Positions 31,510 through 41,279 of a DNA stretch of 64,000 nucleotides are shown here, piece after piece (the stretch's first letter is position 1; every line of letters starts with the position of its first letter). A program made the translations under genes and the position numbers. The stretch spans positions 64,001-128,000 of IMG/VR virus record IMGVR_UViG_641201351_000001. One strand, given 5' to 3'. Under the pieces are notes generated by a model. The model ran no database searches and was not told the origin of the DNA. It saw only the letters and a program-made list of their open reading frames with translations. Source of the DNA: a virus (taxonomy: Duplodnaviria > Caudoviricetes).

Positions 31510-32025
31510 TTAGAATACTTCTTTGCGATATTTGATCTTATATATTCGTCCTAAAGTTGACTCCTCAACTATTTCTATTCTTTTTGTAAACATATTTTCT
31601 TTATAAGACGCAATCCTGTAATCAAGTACCAATAAGTAAACATTTGGATAAATGTTACTAACAAACTCTACTTCTCTTTGGAAGCTTTTTATTTTAATGG
31701 GAGAAGAATTATTAAATCTATCATATATGTAAGAAGGAAAACGCTTTCTAACATTAGATAATATATTGCTTTCTTCCCATTCGTGATAAACTAGATAGTA
31801 TTTCGTTTCAGGGCGAAAAATTTGGTGGAAATATAAATACTTCCTGCCTTTTTTGTCAACTACTAGGCGAGATAAAATTCTAATATATTCTTCTTTTTCT
31901 ATCATTTTTATTTCATTAGAAACTTTCCACCCAGAACGAAAGTATTGTGATTTAATTATCTCAAGGAAAGGAAGAAAAGGTTTAATATCTTGAAAATCAT
32001 TCAAGTCTTTTATTAGGTTTTTCAT
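31510..32025 (-). CDS. array protein family c, C-terminus KEVF
   Basis: Paralog of 29619. Confidence 0.8.
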   Translation of the reverse strand: MKNLIKDLNDFQDIKPFLPFLEIIKSQYFRSGWKVSNEIKMIEKEEYIRILSRLVVDKKGRKYLYFHQIFRPETKYYLVYHEWEESNILSNVRKRFPSYIYDRFNNSSPIKIKSFQREVEFVSNIYPNVYLLVLDYRIASYKENMFTKRIEIVEESTLGRIYKIKYRKEVF

Positions 32026-32095
32026 CTCTTTACCTCCCCTCCTCCCTAAAGCTTATACCTAAAGCGCCGTGGAGTCAAGGGAAGGCGCTTAACTC

Positions 32096-32626
32096 TTAAA
32101 AAACTTCTTTATGATGTTTAATTTTGTAAATTCGTCCAAATGTACATCTTTTAACGAAAGTTATTTCTTCTGTCAATTTGTTTTTCATATACAAGTCAAT
32201 CTCAAAATCGTCAACTAAAAAGTAAATCAACTTGTCGCTTTTAAAATTCTCACTAGAAATTCTTAAAAGGACTCTTCTAAACCTTTCTATCTCGTCATTG
32301 GTTATTCCATTAGAAAAAATATATGAGTAATGTCTACAAATACTAGGAATAACTTCAGTTTCCTCTCCAGTATATTCCAATAAACAACAAGATTTTGGGT
32401 AAATGATTTTGTAGAAGAAGGTATACCTATTGTCTTCCTTCTCGCTTATTAACTCAGATATTGTCTGTAAGCATTCTTCTTTTTCAATGATTTCTATATC
32501 TGGACATAAGTTTTCCTTTAAAACAAAATATTTTCCTTCAAAAACTTCTGCAAATGAAAGAATAAGCTTAAATTTAGAAAAGTCGTCAAAATCTTTAACC
32601 AAATCTTTTGCCTCTTCTTTCCTCAT
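32096..32626 (-). CDS. array protein family c, C-terminus KEVF
   Basis: Paralog of 29619 and 31510. Confidence 0.8.
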   Translation of the reverse strand: MRKEEAKDLVKDFDDFSKFKLILSFAEVFEGKYFVLKENLCPDIEIIEKEECLQTISELISEKEDNRYTFFYKIIYPKSCCLLEYTGEETEVIPSICRHYSYIFSNGITNDEIERFRRVLLRISSENFKSDKLIYFLVDDFEIDLYMKNKLTEEITFVKRCTFGRIYKIKHHKEVF

Positions 32627-32832
32627 CCTTACTCGCCCCCTCCTTACTTGCCCCTCCTTGACCTATGACACAATAAAAGCTTACCCCTAAAGCCCCATAA
32701 GGTCAAGGAGGAGGATGAAGCTTTAGGAGAAGGTAAGCCCAAGGCTTTAGGGGGACATAAAACTGGCGAGAAGACATTTATTTAGGATAGCGTTTACTTA
32801 TTTTTGACGAAACAAAAAATCAAAAAGCTTCA

Positions 32833-33354
32833 TTAGAAAACCTCATTAAGCTTATAAGTATACAAAGTGCCTACTAACCCCTCTATTATTCCTGAACATT
32901 CATCAACATCATCTAGAAATACTTTTCTTTTTGCAACAAATAAAATATTAACATCTAGCAAGTTTTTCACATCTTTTATTTCCGTTATTTGCTGTGGTTT
33001 AAAATAAGTAACATATACACCTACACTTTTTTCAATAGCTTTATAATCGTCAATTAAGATTGAATAACACTCTTTGTTTATTTTTTCCTCACCCAAAAAT
33101 CTTACATCAAATTTCTTTGGAGCACCTCTTTCAACAGGAACAGATAAGAATCTATTGTAAAAATGTCCAATGCGCTTATAAAAAACTTGGTATTTCTCAG
33201 AATAATCACAAGTAATAAGTGTTTTATAAAATTCAAAACTAGAAACTACTTCTTTGGCAAAAATATTTCTTTCGCTAGGATGATAAGTAACTTCCATATA
33301 AGCCTTCTTTTTGCTAAGAATTTTAAATAGCCCTGCCTTTAAAAATCTTTCCAT
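32833..33354 (-). CDS. array protein family b, C-terminus NEVF
   Basis: Paralog of 29045 and 30337. Confidence 0.8.
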   Translation of the reverse strand: MERFLKAGLFKILSKKKAYMEVTYHPSERNIFAKEVVSSFEFYKTLITCDYSEKYQVFYKRIGHFYNRFLSVPVERGAPKKFDVRFLGEEKINKECYSILIDDYKAIEKSVGVYVTYFKPQQITEIKDVKNLLDVNILFVAKRKVFLDDVDECSGIIEGLVGTLYTYKLNEVF

Positions 33355-33574
33355 CCCACCACCTCCCCTTACCTTAAAGGTTACTACTAAAGCCTTATAA
33401 GGTCAAGGGGGAATAGGAAAAGGCCTTGTGGGGATTGAGAGAGGGAACAAGACTTTACGAGGAAAAGACTAGCAGGGAAATATATATTTAGGATAGCGTT
33501 TACTTGATTTCTCTTTAAGTTTTGAGAAATAAAAAATCATTGGAAAAGAAAGATTTGTGAGAATATTAACCCTA

Positions 33575-35263
33575 TTACTCCAAATCTTCCATCCTAACGA
33601 CAAGATATCCTTTGCTCATTAAGTCATTAAAGGCTTGCTTATCATAACCTTCTGTAGCGATTACAACAACATCTTTGGGCATTTTTTCTAATCCGTAGAT
33701 ATGCAAATCTGTAATGACTATACCAGGAATATTCTTTTTAGACACATGTTCAAAAACTTTATCAAAAACGCTACCACCACCTCCTTTTACACCATTTTTT
33801 AAGGATTTATGGAGTTTTGATACGCTATTAACATTTTCTATCTCTTGGAAATCAACATCATTAAAGTAGAGATGAACATTAGCATTGTTCTCTACCAAAA
33901 ACCTCAAGATTTTTATTGATTTCTCTAAATCCTCATTACCCATTGAGCCCGAGGTATCTACAATAACATACATTTCAAGGCCAAAGTATTTTTTCTTCCC
34001 TAACACTAGACCATCGTTGCTTCTAAAGGATTTCTTTGGGTAAACGATTCTATGTCTAAAATATCCTCCACGATACAAACGATTAAATAACTGAAGGACA
34101 AACTGAGGAATCTTTATCTTTTCATTTGTGTCAAGAATATTCCTAAGGAATCCACCTGTATTTCCGATGTGCTTTTTATTTTTCTCCAAAAATCCTTCAA
34201 GTATTCTCCTGTTCTTTTCATCATCGTAATCACTAACTTCATTGTTTTCGCCAATAAGTTGGCGAATGATTTCGTTTTTTATTGCATTATCCAAGGGACC
34301 AAATGATGAAGCATTCGCTAAATCTTCTTTAAACTTTGGATCGTTCTTTGCCTTATTCCTTATTTGATTAGCAACATCATTAAAGATGTTGTTTAGCAGA
34401 TCAAAGAAGTTTTCTTGGGAACCTTGTCCTTGCTGATTGTTATTTTGTTCCTGGTTATTATTGTTTTGTACACCCTGATTCTGTTGATTGTTTCCCCCTT
34501 GGTTTTGCTGGTTATTACCTTGATTCTGTTGATTATTCTCCTCTTGATTTTGCTGATTATCATTATCTTGTTTACCTTGATTTTGCTGACTATTTTGATT
34601 ATTTAAGTGTTTATCAATGGATTCGCTAATCATCTGAGATATTTGTTGTGAAATATCTTCAAAAATATCAAAGAAGAACTCCATTAGCTCATAATCACTC
34701 ATTTTCTTCAGTTGCTCAATATTAACGCCTTTAAGATTAGGCTTAAGTAGCATTCCCAAAGTATTAACGCCATTGCGAATATTCTTTTCAAAATTTTCAA
34801 AACATATACTATTTTCCTTGATTTCCTTAGGATCATCTATAAACTGATACACGATTTCCTGAATAAACAAATCCAAAACAAAATTAGTTAGCATCGAATT
34901 TATTCTAAAATAATGCTCAAATCGTTTAATATGCGATAGCCTTTGGTGCAAGATTTCGTGAAATAGGGTAGTTCCAACTGCATTATAAACTGGAGTATAC
35001 TTTGTAAAAAGTTTTTCGTTAAGGTATATTACGGGCTTATTTTTTTCCTGAGTAGTGAATCCGTACATTCCAACATTTTGACCATTAATCTCATCAGGAA
35101 AAACATAAATATCGGAAACCAATAAATCCTCGTAACCATTGAGAGTATAAAGTAGAGGTTCTCTATTCTTTGTACGATTAGGGGCAAAGAGGATTACTTT
35201 AAAAATATCCAAATATTCTGTATTTTCTATCTTTTTGGCGTGCTTTTTAATGATGTCAGTCAT
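33575..35263 (-). CDS. DUF2201-like metallopeptidase + VWA domain protein
   Basis: LFHEILHQRLSH (HExxH), Q/N-rich linker, MIDAS VDTSGSM, GGGGS, VITD. Confidence 0.85.
   Translation of the reverse strand: MTDIIKKHAKKIENTEYLDIFKVILFAPNRTKNREPLLYTLNGYEDLLVSDIYVFPDEINGQNVGMYGFTTQEKNKPVIYLNEKLFTKYTPVYNAVGTTLFHEILHQRLSHIKRFEHYFRINSMLTNFVLDLFIQEIVYQFIDDPKEIKENSICFENFEKNIRNGVNTLGMLLKPNLKGVNIEQLKKMSDYELMEFFFDIFEDISQQISQMISESIDKHLNNQNSQQNQGKQDNDNQQNQEENNQQNQGNNQQNQGGNNQQNQGVQNNNNQEQNNNQQGQGSQENFFDLLNNIFNDVANQIRNKAKNDPKFKEDLANASSFGPLDNAIKNEIIRQLIGENNEVSDYDDEKNRRILEGFLEKNKKHIGNTGGFLRNILDTNEKIKIPQFVLQLFNRLYRGGYFRHRIVYPKKSFRSNDGLVLGKKKYFGLEMYVIVDTSGSMGNEDLEKSIKILRFLVENNANVHLYFNDVDFQEIENVNSVSKLHKSLKNGVKGGGGSVFDKVFEHVSKKNIPGIVITDLHIYGLEKMPKDVVVIATEGYDKQAFNDLMSKGYLVVRMEDLE
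34430..34605 (-). repeat. coding low-complexity repeat (NNQQNQG)n
   Basis: QNSQQNQGKQDNDNQQNQEENNQQNQGNNQQNQGGNNQQNQG in translation. Confidence 0.8.
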
Positions 35264-35279
35264 CTTCTCACCTCCCCTT

Positions 35280-36323
35280 CTAAACGCCCTTTTTGGAGAT
35301 ATTTTGCAAGTATTTGCTCAAGGTACTATTTTTGTGAGTGTGAACATACTCGTAAACATCGGCTTTCCATTCGTTACCATTGACCAATGCAGTATAGGAC
35401 AACATATAGTGATCATATTTCTTGTGGTTTTTGTGAATGTAGTCAAAGATTTCGCTAAATTTATTAAGATCAATCATTCCTTTCTTTACAAGATCGGCGA
35501 CATCCACAATCAACGATAACACCTCATTGTCATTTCTAGGATAATCTCCCTTAGCGTAGTTTTTGTAAGAATAATACCTACCTTGAATAATATAGTTCTT
35601 AAAGGCTAAATATACTTTCCTTCCCGATGATCCAGAGATGATAATATCAAGCTCGCTATCAATAGACATAACATAATCTTCATTTCCTACCATTTCGTTA
35701 TTGATTAAATCCTTTAGAAGAATAGCAGTACGAGTATTATTCCTTGGAGAAGGATACTGGTTTAAATCATCATCTTTTGGCTCTTCGTAAAACATATGAT
35801 CTGGACTATTAAGAATGAAAGATACAAACAAAGGATTCCCGCCTCTACTCATCGTATACGAAGCCCATTCCTCTTTTGAGGGAATGGGAAAATCAATAAC
35901 TACAAACCTCTCTACTAATGGACGAGGGATTATTGTGGCTACTGAAGATTGTTCAGGTTTATTGCCTGTAGCAATGAAGTAAATATTTTCAAACTTTTTG
36001 TCGCCGATTCTCTTGTCAAGTACCAAAGATTGTAAAAGCGAGTGCATATCTGGATTCCTATTCGTCAACTCATCAAGAATAACGATTTTATTATTAAGAT
36101 CAAAGGTTACAAAGTGTAGCATTTCTTCCCTGACTTGTGGGAATGAAATATTTTCTGGAAACATTTGAGAAACATTAAGATAGAATACCTCCAAACCCAT
36201 TTCCCTGGCGATTTCCCAAGATACATTAGTTTTTCCTATTCCCCTATCTCCGAGGAATAGGACCGGGAATCCACTAGTAAGAATTTTTTTAGCGATGTTT
36301 TTTACCTTTGTTACTCTCTCCAT
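35280..36323 (-). CDS. MoxR-like AAA+ ATPase
   Basis: Walker A GDRGIGKT, Walker B IVILDE, sensor-1 ATGN, Arg finger LVERF, PSPR; directly upstream of the VWA gene. Confidence 0.88.
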   Translation of the reverse strand: MERVTKVKNIAKKILTSGFPVLFLGDRGIGKTNVSWEIAREMGLEVFYLNVSQMFPENISFPQVREEMLHFVTFDLNNKIVILDELTNRNPDMHSLLQSLVLDKRIGDKKFENIYFIATGNKPEQSSVATIIPRPLVERFVVIDFPIPSKEEWASYTMSRGGNPLFVSFILNSPDHMFYEEPKDDDLNQYPSPRNNTRTAILLKDLINNEMVGNEDYVMSIDSELDIIISGSSGRKVYLAFKNYIIQGRYYSYKNYAKGDYPRNDNEVLSLIVDVADLVKKGMIDLNKFSEIFDYIHKNHKKYDHYMLSYTALVNGNEWKADVYEYVHTHKNSTLSKYLQNISKKGV

Positions 36324-36461
36324 CTTTTACCTCCTTTGCCCCTCAAGGGGGCGCTTTTAGCTTAACACAAGCCGCTACGCAAGTCAAGCGCCTAGGCAAG
36401 ACAAAAGAAGCAAAGCGCCTAGGCGCAACAAAGAGAATAAGATAGCGTTTACTTATTTTTC

Positions 36462-37157
36462 TCAGAAAACTTCTTCAAGAAAAATGTTTAGCGAAAAGTG
36501 ATAGTTGAAATAAAACACTCTATCATTTATTCTTTCACCAGAAAGATAGAACTTGTGATTTAGTGTTTTTGAAAGGTTGTAGAGTATTTTTTCTTCATTT
36601 ATTTCTGTTGGCGCTGAAATCAGGTTTTCAAAAAAAGCTTCTTTTAAAACATTGCTGTAAACGCTTGGATTGCTACGATAATAATAGGCATCTTTTATTG
36701 TTGCGAAGTGTAAATAAACGATTGTATCGTAGTTTGAAGGAAGTTTGTAAAGTTTGTCTTCATTTTCTAGTTCTATTGATAGAAGATGATACTTTTCTTT
36801 GATTTTCTTTTTTATTGGGTTTTGTTGAAATGCCAAGCGATAAATCTTTTTTTTGCTCAAAAATTTTTTAAACTTGTGAACTACTTGCCCTACAAAGCTA
36901 TCAAAATCGTTAGGAGTTGTGTAATACTTTTCAAATCCTCTTTTGACCTCAAACCTCAAAGTTGAAGTTTTGTATTGAACTACAAAAAACTTTGAGGATT
37001 CTTCTATTTCTGTTTTCAGCGATATCAACCTTTTTTCAAAGACTTTTAAAAAATCCTCATATGAAAATACAGATAAAGTTTTTGTTTTAATCTTATACTT
37101 CAGATTGTTTTTCGGCCTATATAAAGTAATCGTGATTAGTTTAGCATCAGCAGACAT
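36462..37157 (-). CDS. array protein, C-terminus EEVF
   Basis: 231-aa ORF followed by motif A. Confidence 0.75.
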   Translation of the reverse strand: MSADAKLITITLYRPKNNLKYKIKTKTLSVFSYEDFLKVFEKRLISLKTEIEESSKFFVVQYKTSTLRFEVKRGFEKYYTTPNDFDSFVGQVVHKFKKFLSKKKIYRLAFQQNPIKKKIKEKYHLLSIELENEDKLYKLPSNYDTIVYLHFATIKDAYYYRSNPSVYSNVLKEAFFENLISAPTEINEEKILYNLSKTLNHKFYLSGERINDRVFYFNYHFSLNIFLEEVF

Positions 37158-37185
37158 ATCTCATTTTTGCAAAACAAAAAGAAAA

Positions 37186-37215
37186 CTTCACTACCCCAAA
37201 ACGAGGTAGTGAAGT
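37186..37215 (-). terminator. intrinsic terminator
   Basis: ACTTCACTACC...GGTAGTGAAGT stem with a minus-strand U-tract. Confidence 0.75.
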
Positions 37216-37226
37216 CTAAATATTGC

Positions 37227-37973
37227 TTAGAACAAGCTCATGATGTTGTATTTATCTACGAGGATTTTAGTGAACTCTTCAGATGTGCTTACCAATCCCT
37301 TAACAGCATTCAAAGATTCATTGTTCTTTTCCACAATATTAACCACAAGTTGAACCATATCCCTAACATTAGTGATGTGGCTCTTCAAAAACTCAGCATT
37401 GATCTCGTTTTCTTTTGCTATAGTATTAAGAGCCTTTTTAATGACCCTTGGACCAAAAGCATTTATAAACTTTTCAAGATCCTTATCATCTACATTTTGT
37501 TCAAGGAAAGTATTTGCAACATCTTTGTTTTCTTCAAGGATGTTGATGATTTTGTAGACATCACGCTTCATAATATTCCCCTTTGTATGTTTATTGGAAA
37601 AGTTTAGAAGAAGTGGCTTGTAAATGATATTTTCCTTAAACATACCAGAATAAGAGTTCACATAGTAGATAGTATTGTTCTTTGTAAGGAAATAGTACCT
37701 AGAGATGTAAACTGGATTATCAGGTTCAAACAATGGATTAATGTTGTCAAGTTCAGAGAACTTGAAAACACCATAACGAGAAGTAACATAGTTGAAGAAG
37801 AGTTTTTCAGTTTCATGGGCGAAAATGTATTCATCGCTAAAAAGATTAATGAGGACCAAATCATTTTCAAAATCCTTAACATTATTTACCCTAAGAACAT
37901 AGAAGAAGTTTTTACGAAGATTTTCAACGAGATTGACAGACTCTTTAATGTTGTAGATCTTCATCTCTTTCAT
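37227..37973 (-). CDS. early protein (248 aa), C-terminus MSLF
   Basis: Own promoter, 5' hairpin at 37986-38007, SD and terminator. Confidence 0.8.
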   Translation of the reverse strand: MKEMKIYNIKESVNLVENLRKNFFYVLRVNNVKDFENDLVLINLFSDEYIFAHETEKLFFNYVTSRYGVFKFSELDNINPLFEPDNPVYISRYYFLTKNNTIYYVNSYSGMFKENIIYKPLLLNFSNKHTKGNIMKRDVYKIINILEENKDVANTFLEQNVDDKDLEKFINAFGPRVIKKALNTIAKENEINAEFLKSHITNVRDMVQLVVNIVEKNNESLNAVKGLVSTSEEFTKILVDKYNIMSLF

Positions 37974-38137
37974 CTTTACCTCCTTGCCTACCCAAGGCGG
38001 GGTAGGCTATGCCTAGCCTATCACTACTGAACTATTTAGTCAAGGGGGCCTGGTAAGCAGAAGGAGAAGCGCACTAAGGAATAGGATAGCGTTTACTTAT
38101 TTTTTGCGGATTAAAAAAATAATCAAAAACATTTCGC

Positions 38138-38530
38138 TTAAAATAGCTCTCTAAATACTACCCTATCCTCAAGCTTTATGTCAAACTTCATCAGGTCTTC
38201 ATTTAAAAAGCAGTAAAAACTAATATATGCAAAAATGTGGTAGTCATTGTCTAACTTTTCTGTATTTTTGTTTTCAACGATTTTGTAAAGAAACTTTTCG
38301 TTGCGAATATCAGTATTTTTTGAGAAGATTTTTTCGTCATTAATACAGATGTCTACTTTTACCTTGTGAATCTTGTTCACTTGAGAGAGGATTTTTCTAT
38401 TAAGTTTTCGCCAAAAGGGAATAAGGCTACTATGTTCTTTCATACGATAAATAACTTCATCAGATTTTCTACATTGCGAAAGGTTTTGTAGTGTAAGTAC
38501 AACCTTTACAAATACTTCTTTTCTCTTCAC
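38138..38530 (-). CDS. array protein, C-terminus RELF
   Basis: GTG start directly after the upstream stop. Confidence 0.7.
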   Translation of the reverse strand: MKRKEVFVKVVLTLQNLSQCRKSDEVIYRMKEHSSLIPFWRKLNRKILSQVNKIHKVKVDICINDEKIFSKNTDIRNEKFLYKIVENKNTEKLDNDYHIFAYISFYCFLNEDLMKFDIKLEDRVVFRELF

Positions 38531-39076
38531 TTAAATCACCTCCTTATTAAGGCGAAGCTTCAAGATGATTTCCAGGAAAATGTACTCGTAAAAATAGTCA
38601 GAATATACTTTATATCCGTTATATGTATCAACTTTTCTTTTTCTATATATTGCGGCGTGGATTTCTGGTCTTTTAACATTATTTTCCAAAAGCTCCGGCA
38701 ACGCTTGTTTAAAGAACTCGTTAATATTTCTAAGAAGGTAATCCGAATATTTTTCATCATCATTGGGCAAAGCTTTGAATCTTTTTGGATTTAAACGCTT
38801 TCCACGAATATTTGTTTCAATGTTTATATAGAACATATTTTGCTCATTGGGTAAGAATGTGTGCAAGTAGCAATATAACTTTTCGGCATGCTCTAATACC
38901 TTACAGAAATCTTCAAACTTAGGATTTGAAACTATCCTCATTTTGAAGCTATCATAGATTTCCTTAGAATCTTCACCACCTATTTCGTTCATAAAGTAAT
39001 GTGAGGCACCAACATAATATTCGTCAAGATCAGCTATCATTTCCCATTTCCACGCCTCTTTGAGCTTGTCTTTCAC
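38531..39076 (-). CDS. array protein family d, C-terminus KEVI
   Basis: Paralog of 39077 (WKWEMI..L..YYVG.SHY, SNPKFED). Confidence 0.8.
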   Translation of the reverse strand: MKDKLKEAWKWEMIADLDEYYVGASHYFMNEIGGEDSKEIYDSFKMRIVSNPKFEDFCKVLEHAEKLYCYLHTFLPNEQNMFYINIETNIRGKRLNPKRFKALPNDDEKYSDYLLRNINEFFKQALPELLENNVKRPEIHAAIYRKRKVDTYNGYKVYSDYFYEYIFLEIILKLRLNKEVI

Positions 39077-39616
39077 TTAAATCACCTCCCTTAGCATTTC
39101 CAGATTTAAAGAAACTTCAAAAAGGACATACTCATAAAATAACGAATCCTCATAATCTTCAATGTCATCATCTTCTAACTGCACCTTACTTCTCCTGTAT
39201 ATAGAAGCATATATTTTAACATTCTTAATGTTATCTTTCAAAAGCTTTGGCAAGTTCTTTTTAAATACATGATTTATCCTGTTCATCATAAAATCTGAAT
39301 AGCTTTTCCACCTTCTGGGTGATACATAAGAAGTATAAGGCTTTGTGCTTCTAGAATATGGCTCTGTTTCAATGTCAATATACAATATGTCCTCCTCCTT
39401 GGGAAGAAAGGTTTGAAAATAGGCATAAAGGCTTTCTGCATGCTTTAAGTTTTTGTATAAATCTTCAAACTTAGGATTTGAAAATATTTTTATTGAAAAC
39501 TCGGCGTATACTTTCTTTGTATTTTCTTCATCAAACTCATCTACAACATAGTGAGAACTGCCAACATAGTAAGAAGATAGTTTAGTTATCATTTCCCATT
39601 TCCAGATTTTGTTCAT
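39077..39616 (-). CDS. array protein family d, C-terminus REVI
   Basis: Paralog of 38531. Confidence 0.8.
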   Translation of the reverse strand: MNKIWKWEMITKLSSYYVGSSHYVVDEFDEENTKKVYAEFSIKIFSNPKFEDLYKNLKHAESLYAYFQTFLPKEEDILYIDIETEPYSRSTKPYTSYVSPRRWKSYSDFMMNRINHVFKKNLPKLLKDNIKNVKIYASIYRRSKVQLEDDDIEDYEDSLFYEYVLFEVSLNLEMLREVI

Positions 39617-40107
39617 CAGAACACCCCCTTTATCGCAAGAAGAAGTTCTGTTTCAAATGTGGCATATTGAGTATATATTTCAGATATTTTGTGTCTTCTC
39701 TCAATACCAAGAAGCATCTTAATCTTTTTTGTGTTTTTTGAAACGATTTCTTTTAAAACATTCCTAAAATATTGGTTCATTTCAGAAACGATATAGTCTG
39801 CATAACTTACACAAGCTTTTACCTCTTTTACATAATCAGGGTGCAAAAGATACATGCCTTCTAAATAGGTTCTAATGAAAAATCTTTCATCACCATTTAA
39901 ATCCTCCACAAGATATAAATAAAAATCTTCTCCTTCTTTAAGGAGTTCATAAAGTTTTTCAAAGCTTTTGTCTTTTACGATTCTTTTTGAGAACTCATCA
40001 AAGATTCTAAAACTTTCTATTTCGCCGCCATCATCTATAATATAGGCATGACATTTTACAGACATCATTTCTATCTCAGATATTGAATCCCACAAAAGCT
40101 TTTGCAC
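39616..40107 (-). CDS. array protein family d, C-terminus KGVF
   Basis: More distant paralog (EFSxRI, FExLYxxLK, SYxDY); own promoter. Confidence 0.75.
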   Translation of the reverse strand: MQKLLWDSISEIEMMSVKCHAYIIDDGGEIESFRIFDEFSKRIVKDKSFEKLYELLKEGEDFYLYLVEDLNGDERFFIRTYLEGMYLLHPDYVKEVKACVSYADYIVSEMNQYFRNVLKEIVSKNTKKIKMLLGIERRHKISEIYTQYATFETELLLAIKGVF

Positions 40108-40450
40108 GGCTCACCTCCCAGGTCTAGGATAAGGCTCAAGAGGAGTCCAGTCAAGCCCACTCTAGGAAAAGATTTGATTTTGCATTTCAAACTTTTTATT
40201 TTTCGCTAAACACAAAATGAACTTCTACGCTAACATTTTTATTACTGCACCTTATTTTTGTAAACTACATAAAAAAATAGCTATTCTTCTAGTATCTTTG
40301 GTTTGGCTTGTGTTAAGGTTTAGGATTGCGTTTATTTTTTTAGCAAAAATCTTTAAGCTTTCTCACAAAAGTTCAATTTATGAGTAAACGCTTAATCATA
40401 GTTTGCGAAAAAAAAAATAAAAAATCATTAGAAGAAGGATTTCTTATAGT

Positions 40451-40702
40451 TTAGAAAATCTTTAGATGTTCTTCGTGCCTCCAAGAATTCCTTGAAACCC
40501 AAACATTTAGATTTGGATTATTTTTTATCAAGCTTTCGGCTGAAATTCCAAAATACTTTTCAAATACATCTTTAAGCTTCTTATTCAAATCTTCCTCATC
40601 AACATACTTGTCATTAATTAAAAGATCATATTCATCGATGTTCTTGAAGAATTCCTTGACAACCTTGCCTAGCGCTTCTTTGAGAGTCCACATTCCTATC
40701 AC
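40451..40702 (-). CDS. small array protein, C-terminus LKIF
   Basis: Own promoter and GGAGGTG SD. Confidence 0.7.
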   Translation of the reverse strand: MIGMWTLKEALGKVVKEFFKNIDEYDLLINDKYVDEEDLNKKLKDVFEKYFGISAESLIKNNPNLNVWVSRNSWRHEEHLKIF

Positions 40703-40802
40703 CTCCGATGCTCATCCTAGCAAAGGTGTGTCCTTTTGTCAAGCTCTCCTCTTCAATCAAGCGCACTCCTCTTCAAAGGTATTGCGAATTTTTTTCTAGC
40801 GC

Positions 40803-41279
40803 TTAAAAAACTTCGCTTTTTTCGTATTCTGTTCTTATGTTTAATTCATACTTAACATTTTTGCTATTGTTTTTATTGTTTGCTAGAATATTAAAAACCA
40901 AAATAAAAGTGCGGTCTGAAAGTGATTCGCTAAACTTTAAGAGTTTCTTGTAAGTCTTTATTACATATTCCTCATCTTGCTTATAATCAAAGTTCAATAT
41001 AACTTTCTTACTCATTGTTGTCTTTAATGTTCTTTCTTTCTTAGTTATATTTCTTTTTCCTGTAGCCTCAAAATAAATCTTCATTAGCGCTTTTGTATTT
41101 TCTTTTGAGATAGAGTTTTTGAGAATTTTAAAGTATTTTCTAAATAACGCCTCAATATCGTAAAGCTTTTCTTCTCTAAAATCAATTAGAAAAGCGATGC
41201 TTTTCTTCACTTCTTCTTTTTCTTTATTTGCGACAACTGAAAATACTAAATGATATTTCTTTGGTGCAAAAGGTGTCAT
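40803..41279 (-). CDS. array protein, C-terminus SEVF
   Basis: Leaderless: TTGACA-17-TAGCTT-6 nt-ATG. Confidence 0.75.
   Translation of the reverse strand: MTPFAPKKYHLVFSVVANKEKEEVKKSIAFLIDFREEKLYDIEALFRKYFKILKNSISKENTKALMKIYFEATGKRNITKKERTLKTTMSKKVILNFDYKQDEEYVIKTYKKLLKFSESLSDRTFILVFNILANNKNNSKNVKYELNIRTEYEKSEVF

Larger units (their letters stand above)
20658..40335. repeat. dispersed intergenic motif A, consensus (GGAT)AGCGTTTA(CTT) on + strand
   Basis: Copies read at about 20658, 20767, 21261, 21714, 22308, 22844, 23459, 25307, 26321, 26971, 28463, 30235, 31456, 32785, 33491, 36441, 38084 and 40323, all between genes. Confidence 0.85.
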
